DNA from: an uncultured euryarchaeote
GTDB taxonomy: Archaea; Thermoplasmatota; Poseidoniia; Poseidoniales; Poseidoniaceae
Assembly: GCA_937899865.1 (NCBI GenBank)
Contig: CALBRH010000054.1
Span: 14,346-78,345, forward strand
DNA length: 64,000 bases
Reading direction: 5' to 3'
Within the stretch, counting starts at the first letter, position 1; each line of letters opens with the position of its first letter. The notes under the pieces are model-generated. The model was not told where the DNA came from, did no database searches, and worked only from the letters and a program-made list of their open reading frames with translations. A program made the translations under genes and the position numbers. This document shows positions 1 through 9,762 of the stretch, piece after piece.

Positions 1-523
1 CAGCTCTCAACTCAACTAATTTTCTGATGACTTCAATATCTAACACGCTCATTGGCATTGGACTTGCTACAACTCTTCTAGGACCATTTACTGTCTCAGC
101 AATATCCCAATCTGCAGTCATAACCACCTTATCACTCAATATTGGTCCAACTGGTTTTGTAGGCAATTCAAATCCTGAATCGTTTGCATCAACTTCTACC
201 CTCGTAATCACACATGCTGTTCTTTCAGGACGTCTTCTCTTTAGTAGAATTGAGTCTAAATTAAGTGCTAATGAATGCCCAATCATACCTTGAGTTGCTG
301 AAACCCACTCATCCATTGTATGACTAAAATCACCATCTAACTGCATCAAATGCCCCACTTGTGGACCATTGCCATGAGTTAAAATTACCCCCCATCCCGA
401 CTCTAGTAAATCTACGACATCACTCATTACTTTAGCCAATATTTCAGATGATTGGTCAGAATCTGTCGGTATTGGATTTTGAAGAGCATTCCCTCCAATC
501 GCATACACTACAATCTTGTGCAT
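1..523 (-). CDS. arcC: Carbamate kinase (3' end runs off the window)
   Basis: Not in the ORF track. Manual translation from ATG at 523 gives MHKIVVYAIGGNALQ...ILTHGNGPQVG...ATQGMIG...PTKPVGP...RRVVASPMP, the carbamate kinase motifs. Confidence 0.9.
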   Translation of the reverse strand, partial: MHKIVVYAIGGNALQNPIPTDSDQSSEILAKVMSDVVDLLESGWGVILTHGNGPQVGHLMQLDGDFSHTMDEWVSATQGMIGHSLALNLDSILLKRRRPERTACVITRVEVDANDSGFELPTKPVGPILSDKVVMTADWDIAETVNGPRRVVASPMPMSVLDIEVIRKLVELRA

Positions 524-651
524 TAGTGGAGTAACTAAAGTGATAAGTTTGAGGTTTTCCGTATTCTGTTCGAATAATACATAGATTTTGGAGGTCTTAT
601 TTTGAAGCGAGATTTCAATTATGGGCGCTTCTACGGTTAATTGGTGACGAT

Positions 652-1980
652 ATGAAGACAATTTGGATTTCTGATGTCTTAAATGGCAAATATGATGGCC
701 AAAAAGTGGAATTAAAAGGTTGGGTAAAGCGTTCTCGAGGCTCAAATAAAATTCGATTTGTTGTCCTTAGAGATTCTACTGGCTCTATTCAATGCGTAGC
801 AAAGAGAGATACCATTGGAGATGATTGCTTTGAAAGTATCAAGTCTGCATTGATTGAATCTTCATTAATTATTCACGGGACTGCAAATCCTGATGAAAGA
901 GCTGATGGTGGTTACGAGATTATTGTCGATAATGTCGAGATTATTGGGCCCGTAAATCCAGAAACTCCATTTCCAATTACCGAGTCTGCTATGACTGCTG
1001 CTGATGGTGGGGAAACAGAATTCCTGTTAGATAACCGTCACCTTTACTTGAGAACATCAAGAATGACTACAATGCTAAAATTACGTAGTACTGTATTTGG
1101 TGCTATTCATTCGTATTTCCGTGATCAAGATTTCATTGAGTATCAAGCTCCAAATTTTGTCGCTGGAGCAGTAGAAGGTGGCTCAACATTGTTTGAAGTT
1201 CCATACTTTGGTCGTAAAGCATACCTAACGCAATCTTGGCAACTCTATGCTGAAGCCGCAATGCCAGCATTGGAACGACTGTATACCATTGCACCATCAT
1301 TCAGAGCTGAGAAATCGAGAACAAGACGTCACCTTACTGAATTCTGGCATGCTGAAATGGAAGTAGCATGGGCTGACAATCAAGAAATTATGAATTACGG
1401 AGAAGGAGTTGTACGAAAAATTGCTGCAACTTTACTTGAAGAAAGAAGTACTGAGTTAGAATCTCTTGGCCGAGATTTGGATGTTATTGCTCGATATGCT
1501 GATTCAAAATACCCGCGCATTAGATATGATGAGGCAGTAGAAACTCTACAAGGACTTGGCGTTGAAATTGAGTGGGGACAAGACTTAGACTACTCAAAAG
1601 AAAAAATACTTACTCAAGATTTTGAAGTGCCACATTTCTTAACTCACTATCCAAAGATTGCCAAACCATTCTATCATAGAGTAGACCCGGATGATGAAAA
1701 GTATGTTCTATGTCACGATTTACTTGCACCTGAAGGTTATGGGGAAATTATTGGTGGTGGCGAAAGAACTTGGTCCGAGCAAGAAATTCTCGCTAGAATT
1801 GATGAAGAAGGCACCCCAAGAGAGCCATATCAATTCTATATTGATACTCGTACATACGGAGGTGTACCTCACGGTGGATTCGGTCTTGGAGTAGACAGGG
1901 TTTGCTCATGGCTTAGTGGTGCCGAGCACATCCGTGAAGTAATTCCATTCCCAAGAGATTCAAGAAGAGTAACTCCTTGA
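652..1980 (+). CDS. asnS: Asparagine--tRNA ligase
   Basis: N-terminal OB-fold; EGGSTLF..AYLTQSWQLY; motif 2 FRAEKSRTRRHLTEF; motif 3 PHGGFGLGVDR; GEIIGGGER. Confidence 0.9.
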   Translation: MKTIWISDVLNGKYDGQKVELKGWVKRSRGSNKIRFVVLRDSTGSIQCVAKRDTIGDDCFESIKSALIESSLIIHGTANPDERADGGYEIIVDNVEIIGPVNPETPFPITESAMTAADGGETEFLLDNRHLYLRTSRMTTMLKLRSTVFGAIHSYFRDQDFIEYQAPNFVAGAVEGGSTLFEVPYFGRKAYLTQSWQLYAEAAMPALERLYTIAPSFRAEKSRTRRHLTEFWHAEMEVAWADNQEIMNYGEGVVRKIAATLLEERSTELESLGRDLDVIARYADSKYPRIRYDEAVETLQGLGVEIEWGQDLDYSKEKILTQDFEVPHFLTHYPKIAKPFYHRVDPDDEKYVLCHDLLAPEGYGEIIGGGERTWSEQEILARIDEEGTPREPYQFYIDTRTYGGVPHGGFGLGVDRVCSWLSGAEHIREVIPFPRDSRRVTP

Positions 1981-1988
1981 GTGGTAAC

Positions 1989-3077
1989 ATGGCTGACATC
2001 ATTGCTTTGGGATGTGGCTTGGTAGGTAATTTTGTTGTCACCAAATTGACACAACTTGGACTCAATGTCCATGTTGTTGATTTAACTGTTCCACAAGATG
2101 TGAAATCCAACCCTTCAGTTACTTATCAAGAAGGCGACATATTTCAACTTCTAAATGAAATGCCAAATTCAAGTATTGTTCTAAACTTACTTCCTGGAAG
2201 TATCGGGGAAAGAATAAGGCCATTACTAATTTCCATGAATAAAGACATAATTGATCTTGCCTTTACTGAAACTGAGCCAACAATTCACAACCAACTTGCC
2301 ATAGAGCATGAGTCAACTTTAATTTGGGATGTTGGTATTGCTCCTGGTTTATCAAATATGATAATTAGAAAAGAGTATGAAAGAGATAGTAACATTACAG
2401 ATATTAGCATAAAGGTGGGAGGAAACCCCTCATCCCCCGATGAAAACTGGTCTTATATGGCTCCATTCTCGCCTTCTGATGTTATTGAAGAATATACTAG
2501 ACCTGCGAGAATAATTGCCGACTCTAAAATTGAAAGTGTCGATGCCTTAACTGACCTACATCAGATAAATGTAACAGGTTTTGGCACCATGGAAGCTTTT
2601 CTAACTGACGGTTTGCGAAGTTTGCTCAACTCAAAAATGTCACCAAATATGAGGGAGTATACAGTTAGGTGGCCAGGGCACATTCAAAAGTGGCAGGCTG
2701 AGAAAGATATCTTATCAAATGAAGAATTAATCGATGCTTGGAAGTTCGACATAAATAATCAAGAATTCACTTGGATGGAAATCAAATTTTGTTATGATAA
2801 TTATAGCATAGTTTGGGAAATTTCTGATAATGGTAAAGATGGATTTAGTTCAATGGCAAGAACTACAGGTTTGGTGACTATTGCTTGTGCAATGGATTTA
2901 TTCAATAGTTCTAAACTAAATCAAAACACCTACAAATCAGGAGTTTTTGCTCCAGAAGATTTGCCGCTAGAATCTATAGAACATGTTATTGAGTTCATTA
3001 AATCTGAAGGAGTTGCAATTAAGCGTGACCTTATAGAAGAGGTTCGCCACACATTGGACACTCCATTCCAGGAATGA
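1989..3077 (+). CDS. Saccharopine dehydrogenase / lysine 6-dehydrogenase family oxidoreductase
   Basis: Rossmann GCGLVG; DVGIAPGLSN; FSPSDVIEEYTRPAR; EAFLTDGLRSL; TVRWPGH; SSMARTTG. ATG at 1989 preferred over TTG at 1977. Confidence 0.8.
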   Translation: MADIIALGCGLVGNFVVTKLTQLGLNVHVVDLTVPQDVKSNPSVTYQEGDIFQLLNEMPNSSIVLNLLPGSIGERIRPLLISMNKDIIDLAFTETEPTIHNQLAIEHESTLIWDVGIAPGLSNMIIRKEYERDSNITDISIKVGGNPSSPDENWSYMAPFSPSDVIEEYTRPARIIADSKIESVDALTDLHQINVTGFGTMEAFLTDGLRSLLNSKMSPNMREYTVRWPGHIQKWQAEKDILSNEELIDAWKFDINNQEFTWMEIKFCYDNYSIVWEISDNGKDGFSSMARTTGLVTIACAMDLFNSSKLNQNTYKSGVFAPEDLPLESIEHVIEFIKSEGVAIKRDLIEEVRHTLDTPFQE

Positions 3078-3141
3078 ATTCGCCCAATGTAAATCCACAA
3101 CTCAAGCAGATCGATGAGATGAAGGTATAATCATCAGTCAT
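3031..3141 (-). CDS. Small CPxCG-type zinc-finger microprotein (36 aa)
   Basis: Manual translation: MTDDYTFISSICLSCGFTLGEFIPGMECPMCGEPLL*. Two Cys pairs (CLSCG, CPMCG); co-oriented 29 nt downstream of the HAD gene. Confidence 0.65.
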   Translation of the reverse strand: MTDDYTFISSICLSCGFTLGEFIPGMECPMCGEPLL

Positions 3142-3170
3142 GAATATTGATTATACCGGTACTAATAAAA

Positions 3171-3932
3171 TCATTCGCTAAATTTATTTTGAATTTCTTC
3201 CAAAACTAATTGCAAATCTTTTTCTTCAATTACAGTATTACAATACTGTTTTGGTCTTTCATCCCATGGATTAAAGCAAATCGCTAGACCGGATTCTTGA
3301 AACATTCCAATATCACCTGCTGAATCGCCTACTGATGCTGTGTATTCTTTGGAAATATTGTACCTCCTTTGAAGCATTTTTACAATTGCACCCTTGCCAT
3401 TCATTTGTACTTGATATCTACCGAAATCATCCAATTCATATTCACCATTAAAAGTAATTTTACCCCTTAGCCAGCCATTAGTGAAAATTGACAACTGTGA
3501 ATCAAAACCATTACCAAATCTCTGAGCAGTAAATCGATCTATTCCACCCCATCTTCTAGACCAAGGTTTGTCTGATGGAAACTGTGCTGCTATGTCTCTT
3601 GCAGTTTGTTGTAGACCTCCTGAAATAATTGCAACTTTAGCACCATCATTCAACAGTTCAGAAATTAGAAGTTGCCAATTCTTCATCATTGGCATCCCCT
3701 CCATCAATGACCTAAGTTCAGCATCAGTAATTTTTCTATCTTTGATACTGTTTTTAATCAAAGCAATATCTAATTTTATCCAATCCCATTCATTAAGTAA
3801 GCCCTGATTATACAACTCAAATGATTCATCATTAGAGATACCTAATTTATCATAAACATATTGCCATGTTGACAGATGGTCAACCAAAACACGATCCATA
3901 TCTAAGCAAACTAAATAACGAAAATTGGACAT
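3171..3932 (-). CDS. HAD-superfamily hydrolase, phosphoserine phosphatase-like
   Basis: Motif I DMDRVLV, motif II IISGG, K of motif III, motif IV GDSAGDIGM; GAGGTGA ribosome-binding site upstream. Confidence 0.8.
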   Translation of the reverse strand: MSNFRYLVCLDMDRVLVDHLSTWQYVYDKLGISNDESFELYNQGLLNEWDWIKLDIALIKNSIKDRKITDAELRSLMEGMPMMKNWQLLISELLNDGAKVAIISGGLQQTARDIAAQFPSDKPWSRRWGGIDRFTAQRFGNGFDSQLSIFTNGWLRGKITFNGEYELDDFGRYQVQMNGKGAIVKMLQRRYNISKEYTASVGDSAGDIGMFQESGLAICFNPWDERPKQYCNTVIEEKDLQLVLEEIQNKFSE

Positions 3933-3945
3933 TGTTCAATCACCT

Positions 3946-4815
3946 CTAAGCTGATTTATCATCATATTTATTCCAACCATACTGCGATTGTATCTGTTCA
4001 ACTTGCTTACCCATAATGTACAGAATAAGTGCGACCATCATAGCGAATAATCCAATCAAAGTCATTGCGATTGTGGCTAAAGTTACTCCGATAGAAACTG
4101 AATTCAATTCATTAAATGTATCAACTACGTTACCAGACAATCTGTAACCCAAGAAAAACAAAACAATACCCGGTATGCCAAATAAGAATAGTGGGTGCTT
4201 TGTTTCTAACATCCAATAGAATAATTGTGCAAATCTTGAAGCAGTTGCTAATGATTCCCTTTGAGGGATTTGGATTTTGTCAGAGGATTCAATTACTCTT
4301 ACTCTTAATTCATTGGAAAAATTATTTGTGCTTGTCATAGAATTGGCCTTAGCAAGTTCTTCTAGTCCGCGGTGTGACAAAAACAAATGATCGATTTTTA
4401 AAGAATCTATTACTAACTCTTCAGCTATTATGTCTTGATTTGCTTCAACATTGTTGAAAGATATGTAAATATCCCATCCCTCTCTAGAACGATTAACTAC
4501 CACAGGTAATTCCTTCAATTTCCATTCATCCGTGATATAAATTACAAGATTAGAAAAATTATCATTACAATTTGATTCACAAAGAAACTTGGCTAATCTC
4601 GGTGCAGTGATTTCATTATCGGGATAGTTTAGAATTTTACAACCAAATTCACTTGCTAATTCCATAGTTCTATCATTTGAGCCCGCATCAACAAACATGA
4701 CTTCTTCAGCAATCTCATTTGCCCTAACTAATAGTGAAATAATCCGCAATTCTAAATCTCTACCGACATAGATTAACCTGAGATTCTTACTAGTCACAAT
4801 GTGTTGTAAATTCAA
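3946..4815 (-). CDS. Divergent glycosyltransferase family 2-like membrane protein
   Basis: FVDAGSNDRT resembles the GT2 VDDGSTD motif; the C-terminal HPLFLFGIPG plus two TM helices resemble DPM-like GT2 tails; no clear DxD. Confidence 0.5.
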   Translation of the reverse strand: MNLQHIVTSKNLRLIYVGRDLELRIISLLVRANEIAEEVMFVDAGSNDRTMELASEFGCKILNYPDNEITAPRLAKFLCESNCNDNFSNLVIYITDEWKLKELPVVVNRSREGWDIYISFNNVEANQDIIAEELVIDSLKIDHLFLSHRGLEELAKANSMTSTNNFSNELRVRVIESSDKIQIPQRESLATASRFAQLFYWMLETKHPLFLFGIPGIVLFFLGYRLSGNVVDTFNELNSVSIGVTLATIAMTLIGLFAMMVALILYIMGKQVEQIQSQYGWNKYDDKSA

Positions 4816-4921
4816 TTGAACTTATAATCTGCGTTTGATAACTACCATAATCATGCAATTTTAATCTAAATTTGCTTTACCGATAAGTTATGTTCATCAG
4901 CCTCGAGGACTTGGAAGATAT

Positions 4922-5866
4922 ATGCGTAATGAATGGCATGTTGGCGTTGTCATTCCAGCAAAGAATGAACAAGATTTCATAGAAGATGTAATCAATTCAA
5001 TTCCAGATTTTGTTGACAAAATAGTTGTAATAAACGATGGGTCAAATGATGAAACTCAAGCGATTGTTGAGAACAATATCTCAACAAATAACAAGATTAC
5101 ATTAGTTAACCTAACTGGAAAAGGTGTTGGATTTGCCATAGATACTGGACATAAAGAGATGCTTAAATTATTGGAAAAACCATTCGTTAGCGTGGTTATG
5201 GCAGGGGATGGTCAAATGGATCCAGAAGATTTACCCAGTCTCATTGAACCGATTATCAATAATCAATCTGATTACGTAAAAGGAAATAGATTCCATCACA
5301 AAGATGGCGTTACAGAAATGCCTACATTGCGAAAATTAGCAAGTATATTGTTAGGATTCCTTACCACATTAGCTGCTGGAAGACATTTCACTGATCCTCA
5401 ATGCGGTTATACTGCTACAAGTCATAATGTGCTTGAAGAATGGAATTGGTCAAAGTCATGGAAAAATTATGGATATCCTAATTATTGGTTAATCGAATTA
5501 TCTAGGAAATCACTTCGAGTTAAAGAAATACCAGTAAAATGTATTTATGGTAATGAGAAATCGGGACTAAAGATGTTTTCATTTTTTATTAGTGTTGGAT
5601 TAATGATGCTAATTATGCATCACAAAAGATGTTTTTCAATGCTTTTCAGTAAATCTGTAGCTCCACATACGATTTTGTCATTTACTGCTTATGCAATTGG
5701 TTGGATAGCAATACTTCCTGAAATTAGTACTGATTTGGAAAGAGAGTTAACAAATAGTTTCTTTTCAAAAATAGTGTTAGCGTTATTTTGTTGGATATGC
5801 GCTCATATTTTTGATAGATTAGCAGTAAAATCGAGAACGGAGTTGAGAATAAATGCGCAGACATGA
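4922..5866 (+). CDS. Glycosyltransferase family 2 (dolichol-phosphate glycosyltransferase-like)
   Basis: VVIPAKNE, INDGSND, MAGDGQMDP, KGNRF, DPQCGY; C-terminal TM segments. Confidence 0.85.
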   Translation: MRNEWHVGVVIPAKNEQDFIEDVINSIPDFVDKIVVINDGSNDETQAIVENNISTNNKITLVNLTGKGVGFAIDTGHKEMLKLLEKPFVSVVMAGDGQMDPEDLPSLIEPIINNQSDYVKGNRFHHKDGVTEMPTLRKLASILLGFLTTLAAGRHFTDPQCGYTATSHNVLEEWNWSKSWKNYGYPNYWLIELSRKSLRVKEIPVKCIYGNEKSGLKMFSFFISVGLMMLIMHHKRCFSMLFSKSVAPHTILSFTAYAIGWIAILPEISTDLERELTNSFFSKIVLALFCWICAHIFDRLAVKSRTELRINAQT

Positions 5867-6176
5867 CAAGAGAAATAATCCTAGAAAAGCACATGTTAGA
5901 CATATTTTAGTGCCAGATAAACCATCTGCAAGAGGAATAATTGAAGAGATATCTAAAGCTAAAAATCCATTGAAAGTTTTCAAAAAGTCCGCAAAGAAAT
6001 TTTCAACCTGTCCAAGCGGTTCCAAAAAAGGTGATTTAGGCGAATTTGTTGAAGGTCAAATGGTAAAACAATTCGAGGATGCTGTTTGGCAAACTGATAT
6101 TGATGAAGTACCAAGTAAATTTGTTAAAACTCAATTTGGTTATCACATTATATGGGTACACTCAAAGACTGAGTAA
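5853..6176 (+). CDS. Parvulin-type peptidyl-prolyl cis-trans isomerase
   Basis: VRHILV, AKKFSTCPSG..GDLGEF..GQMVKQFE, VKTQFGYHII. Confidence 0.9.
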   Translation: MRRHDKRNNPRKAHVRHILVPDKPSARGIIEEISKAKNPLKVFKKSAKKFSTCPSGSKKGDLGEFVEGQMVKQFEDAVWQTDIDEVPSKFVKTQFGYHIIWVHSKTE

Positions 6177-6183
6177 TGTAAAA

Positions 6184-6261
6184 TGGTGGGCGTACCAAGA
6201 TTTGAACTTGGGTCCAAGCGTCCCAAACGCCCGAGTATAGGCCAAACTAACCCATACGCCC
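6184..6261 (-). tRNA. tRNA-Pro(TGG), CCA encoded
   Basis: Reverse complement GGGCGTA...anticodon loop TT-TGG-GA...T-loop GTTCAAATC...TACGCCC-ACCA; the acceptor stem pairs. Confidence 0.95.
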
Positions 6262-6295
6262 GTTGTGTTTGGCCACGACTTCCCTATTATCAACT

Positions 6296-6733
6296 TCACT
6301 CAAGAAATTGCCAAACTCCTTCACCTGCTCTAAGTATAATTCCTTGTGCCTCAGCCATTTCCAAAAATGCCACAACATCCTCATTAAAACCTCTTTCAGC
6401 AAAATTTGCTTTTACTATATCTAACGTTAATTTTCCCTCACTATCTGCGGATTTTCGCAATATATTGAGTCCTTTTGTTGAGGAAAAATTCGAACTAGTG
6501 TCAATTAATTGTTCATCTTTTTTGAGTTGTTTTTCTAATGATTCCCTTAACTCCGGAGGTGTATTGGCGATGATGACTTTCATCCGTAGATCCGTTGGAT
6601 TATCCGCACTATCAATTACTAACGTTGCTTTATTGGTCCTTTGACCACAATGTGGGCAATTATGTCCTAATGATTTTCTACCATGGCACATTTTGCATGC
6701 AGAACACTTGAATACTTTCCATGGCTCTGGCAT
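6296..6733 (-). CDS. Zinc-ribbon protein with possible C-terminal winged helix
   Basis: CSAC...CPHCG at the N-terminus; the C-terminal MAEAQGIILRAGEGVWQ resembles a wHTH wing. Confidence 0.6.
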   Translation of the reverse strand: MPEPWKVFKCSACKMCHGRKSLGHNCPHCGQRTNKATLVIDSADNPTDLRMKVIIANTPPELRESLEKQLKKDEQLIDTSSNFSSTKGLNILRKSADSEGKLTLDIVKANFAERGFNEDVVAFLEMAEAQGIILRAGEGVWQFLE

Positions 6734-6769
6734 GATTGTAAATCATGTCGAAGGTTCTTTTATTTGTCG

Positions 6770-7423
6770 TCACAATGAGAAATCAGTATTACTTCCACCG
6801 CCGCGCCGGCTACCCGGCCTTAATGCAGGAGCTGCTGGTGCTTTAACATCAACACGCTTTTGTTGCTTTTCTTCAGGAACTGATAAACCACCTCTAATTG
6901 GTCCGGTTGATTGCCTTCCACCCATAGATAACGAGTTTGGCATTATCAAAGCAGCCATAGCCACGCCATGGTGGTCTGCACCAGCAGTTACTTCATCAAC
7001 TGCAACATCAAAACTGACTACTTCCAAATCTCTAGTTGCTAACCTTCTCTGTAAATTTCTTCGAAGCATTAATGAGGTTTCTTCATAATCTAAATCAGTA
7101 CTAATTGTCGCAACAATTGCACATTCATCTCCTTCTGGAGTTACGCAAGATGCCCATGCAACACCTGCACAAGCACTTGATCCATTGAAAGCATAAGAAG
7201 TAGCCATATGACATTCAACTAGAGTGCCCATAGGCAGTGCCCTAGGGGGTGTAGCCTCAAAATTCAATGGTAGCATTGCCCCTTTTGCTTCAATAAGACG
7301 GGTGTCTCCTAAGCCTAATTCCACAAGCCCTTGATCATAAGCATCCTCTGAATTTTCACCCCAAGGTGCTACTGCAGTCATCAACCATCCGTGACAAGAT
7401 CTGGGTACTCTACCGGGCTTCAT
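6770..7423 (-). CDS. Pyruvoyl-dependent arginine decarboxylase (PdaD)-fold protein, probably inactive
   Basis: EDAYDQGLVELGLGDTRLI and LPMGTLV align by eye with PdaD NAFDGALLNAGIGNVNLI and LPMGALV, but the Ser-Ser cleavage site is absent. Confidence 0.7.
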   Translation of the reverse strand: MKPGRVPRSCHGWLMTAVAPWGENSEDAYDQGLVELGLGDTRLIEAKGAMLPLNFEATPPRALPMGTLVECHMATSYAFNGSSACAGVAWASCVTPEGDECAIVATISTDLDYEETSLMLRRNLQRRLATRDLEVVSFDVAVDEVTAGADHHGVAMAALIMPNSLSMGGRQSTGPIRGGLSVPEEKQQKRVDVKAPAAPALRPGSRRGGGSNTDFSL

Positions 7424-7452
7424 ATTGATGGACAGTCGCAAGAGGTTCTTGA

Positions 7453-7782
7453 ATGAAATGGTTATCGCAGTATGTGGCTCGGAGTTATAAATTCTTGATT
7501 TATATTTATGCTTCTACTTTGGTTTTAGTTGGACTATCCATAGCTGAAGATGGCTCCAGTGTGTCTTTTTCAACAATATTTTTCACTTTTATATTGTTAG
7601 TTATATTGACAATGTTTTGGAACTTGTTTGAGTCGAATACCCAAAAACAAACAACAAACAATGCAAATCCAGGAGTTATATCGCAAAACAATATTTTGGA
7701 ACAAGGAAATAATATTTGTTATGATTCAAATGAAAGCATACCTAATCCATTGGATTCAGATATAGAAATCCCATTGATGTAA
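7453..7782 (+). CDS. Hypothetical small membrane protein
   Basis: Two hydrophobic helices and an acidic tail; fills the gap between neighbouring genes. Confidence 0.55.
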   Translation: MKWLSQYVARSYKFLIYIYASTLVLVGLSIAEDGSSVSFSTIFFTFILLVILTMFWNLFESNTQKQTTNNANPGVISQNNILEQGNNICYDSNESIPNPLDSDIEIPLM

Positions 7783-9687
7783 TCAAAGTAATCTAATTGT
7801 TTCAAGATTTTTTGGTGCGTAAGTCCTACATTTGTAACGTTCTCTTAAAGCATGACCAAGTTCATTGCATTTGTGATAATCTCCATGATGACAAATAATA
7901 TTTCTAGGCTTTGGATGAAGCTGTTCAACAAACTCTAGCAATTGTCTTCTATCTGAATGACCAGAAAATCCGTCAATAGTCGCCATTTCACAACCTACTT
8001 TGATAATTTCAGTTTGTCCGTTGATAATCATCGGAACCTCACTGAAGCCTTTTTGCAATCTTCTACCAAGTGTCCCCTCTGCTTGATAACCAACAAAACA
8101 TAATGAATTACGCTCACTATGTGCCCAATTCTTGAAATATTCCACAACAGGTCCTGCATTCATCATTCCAGAAGTCGCTAATACAATACATGGAGATGAA
8201 TCCATTAATATTCTCTCGCGCAAATCACGACCCTTCACGGGACGGAACCATTCATTGCTAAATGGATTCCCTCCATCGTCTTTAAGCAATGATTTACGAA
8301 GACTATTAGTTAGATAATTTGGATGAGCAGCATGAATTGCAGTTGCTTCTTCAATCATGCCATCTAACCAAACAGGCACAGGTTTAACATTTCCAGACCT
8401 AAACAATTCATCAATTGCAATCATGACCTCTTGACTCCTACCAACGGCAAAAACCGGGAATATCATTTTTCCACCTCTACTGATGGTTCTTGAAACGATG
8501 TCAACTAATTCTTGATTAGCTTCCTGTCGAGATGGCTGATAATCTCCTTCTGAACCATAAGTAGATTCAAGAACGAGAGATTCAACTTTTGGGAACCTTG
8601 TATTGGCAGCATCAAATAACCATGATTTTTCATACTTTTGATCGCCGCTAAACAAGAGATTATGCTTACCATCGCCAATATGTAAATGCACTGCTGATGA
8701 GCCAAGAATGTGACCAGAATTGGAAAAAGTCATCTTAACATCTGGTGCAATATCTGTTGTCTGATCCCAAGCAACATCAATTACATGTCTTTGACAGGTT
8801 CGAATATCTTCCATACTGTATGGAGCCATCTTACCCTCCGAGCCACTTATTTTTAGATAGTCCGATTGGAGTAATAACATTAAATCCCTTGTTGGTGGTG
8901 TGCAGAAAACTGGTCCGCGATATCCATATTTGAATAAAACTGGCAGCATTCCTGCATGATCTAGATGAGCATGTGTTAGAATTACTGCATCAAGTTTGTC
9001 AATGGGTAACGCCTCTGGAGCGTTGAAAAATGGCATCGGATCTAAATCATTAGCAACGTTTACCCCTACATCAATCATTATTCGAGACTCATTAGTAGTG
9101 ACAAGATGACATGCTCTACCAACTTCTCTATAAGAACCAAGAGCAGTAACTCTGGCCCAAGTCGAACCTGGACGCTTTGGGCGGTGCATATTTAGTCCAA
9201 AGTCCTTCAACAATTTCCTTCTCTCTTCGACATTTGCTTGTCGATAGCCTCTGATATCATGAACTGTCTTGGACAAAAGTGGCGGAGTTCTTTCTACAAT
9301 TGGGATCCAACCTGTTTTGTCTCTAATTTCGTTTACATTAGCACCTTTACGACCTACTGCTTCACCTGGATTCTGACATTGAATAATTACTTCACTAAAA
9401 CATCCATCAAAATATATTTGAGTAATCTCTGCTTCTTCAGGAATAATAGATTCAATAATTGTCTTTGCTTCCTGATCAGGTTTGATAATACTTGGGTCTG
9501 GTCTAATCTTGATTCTTCGCTTAATCTTCTTAGCAATCTTACCAACTAAGCCGTCTCCACCACCAAACTCTTTTGGAACATCAGTTACAATAGCAATATC
9601 TCCTGCCTCTAAATCAACTTTATAATTGATTGACTTAGGAACTATTTTGGCAATTTCATCTTTCAATTCTTTAAATGTTAGGCGCAT
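7783..9687 (-). CDS. fttA: Beta-CASP ribonuclease aCPSF1 (FttA transcription termination factor)
   Basis: Two N-terminal KH domains, THAHLDH metallo-beta-lactamase motif, GHILGS, ESTYG, GFSGHSD; conserved position next to psmB. Confidence 0.95.
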   Translation of the reverse strand: MRLTFKELKDEIAKIVPKSINYKVDLEAGDIAIVTDVPKEFGGGDGLVGKIAKKIKRRIKIRPDPSIIKPDQEAKTIIESIIPEEAEITQIYFDGCFSEVIIQCQNPGEAVGRKGANVNEIRDKTGWIPIVERTPPLLSKTVHDIRGYRQANVEERRKLLKDFGLNMHRPKRPGSTWARVTALGSYREVGRACHLVTTNESRIMIDVGVNVANDLDPMPFFNAPEALPIDKLDAVILTHAHLDHAGMLPVLFKYGYRGPVFCTPPTRDLMLLLQSDYLKISGSEGKMAPYSMEDIRTCQRHVIDVAWDQTTDIAPDVKMTFSNSGHILGSSAVHLHIGDGKHNLLFSGDQKYEKSWLFDAANTRFPKVESLVLESTYGSEGDYQPSRQEANQELVDIVSRTISRGGKMIFPVFAVGRSQEVMIAIDELFRSGNVKPVPVWLDGMIEEATAIHAAHPNYLTNSLRKSLLKDDGGNPFSNEWFRPVKGRDLRERILMDSSPCIVLATSGMMNAGPVVEYFKNWAHSERNSLCFVGYQAEGTLGRRLQKGFSEVPMIINGQTEIIKVGCEMATIDGFSGHSDRRQLLEFVEQLHPKPRNIICHHGDYHKCNELGHALRERYKCRTYAPKNLETIRLL

Positions 9688-9762
9688 TTTACCACCTTTA
9701 GTTTACCACAGATTCATGACAAATGTGTCTAGCACACTGCAGAAAACTGCGGGAATAAAAAG

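Noticed and set aside
27-293. 88-aa plus-strand ORF
   Set aside because: Antisense shadow of the carbamate kinase gene.
6184-6261. tRNA-Pro (or tRNA-Lys at 46710) as an integration site
   Set aside because: I saw no integrase, no duplicated tRNA 3' end and no cargo island; the flanking genes are housekeeping-like.
6183-6644. 153-aa plus-strand ORF
   Set aside because: It is the antisense of tRNA-Pro and of the zinc-ribbon gene.
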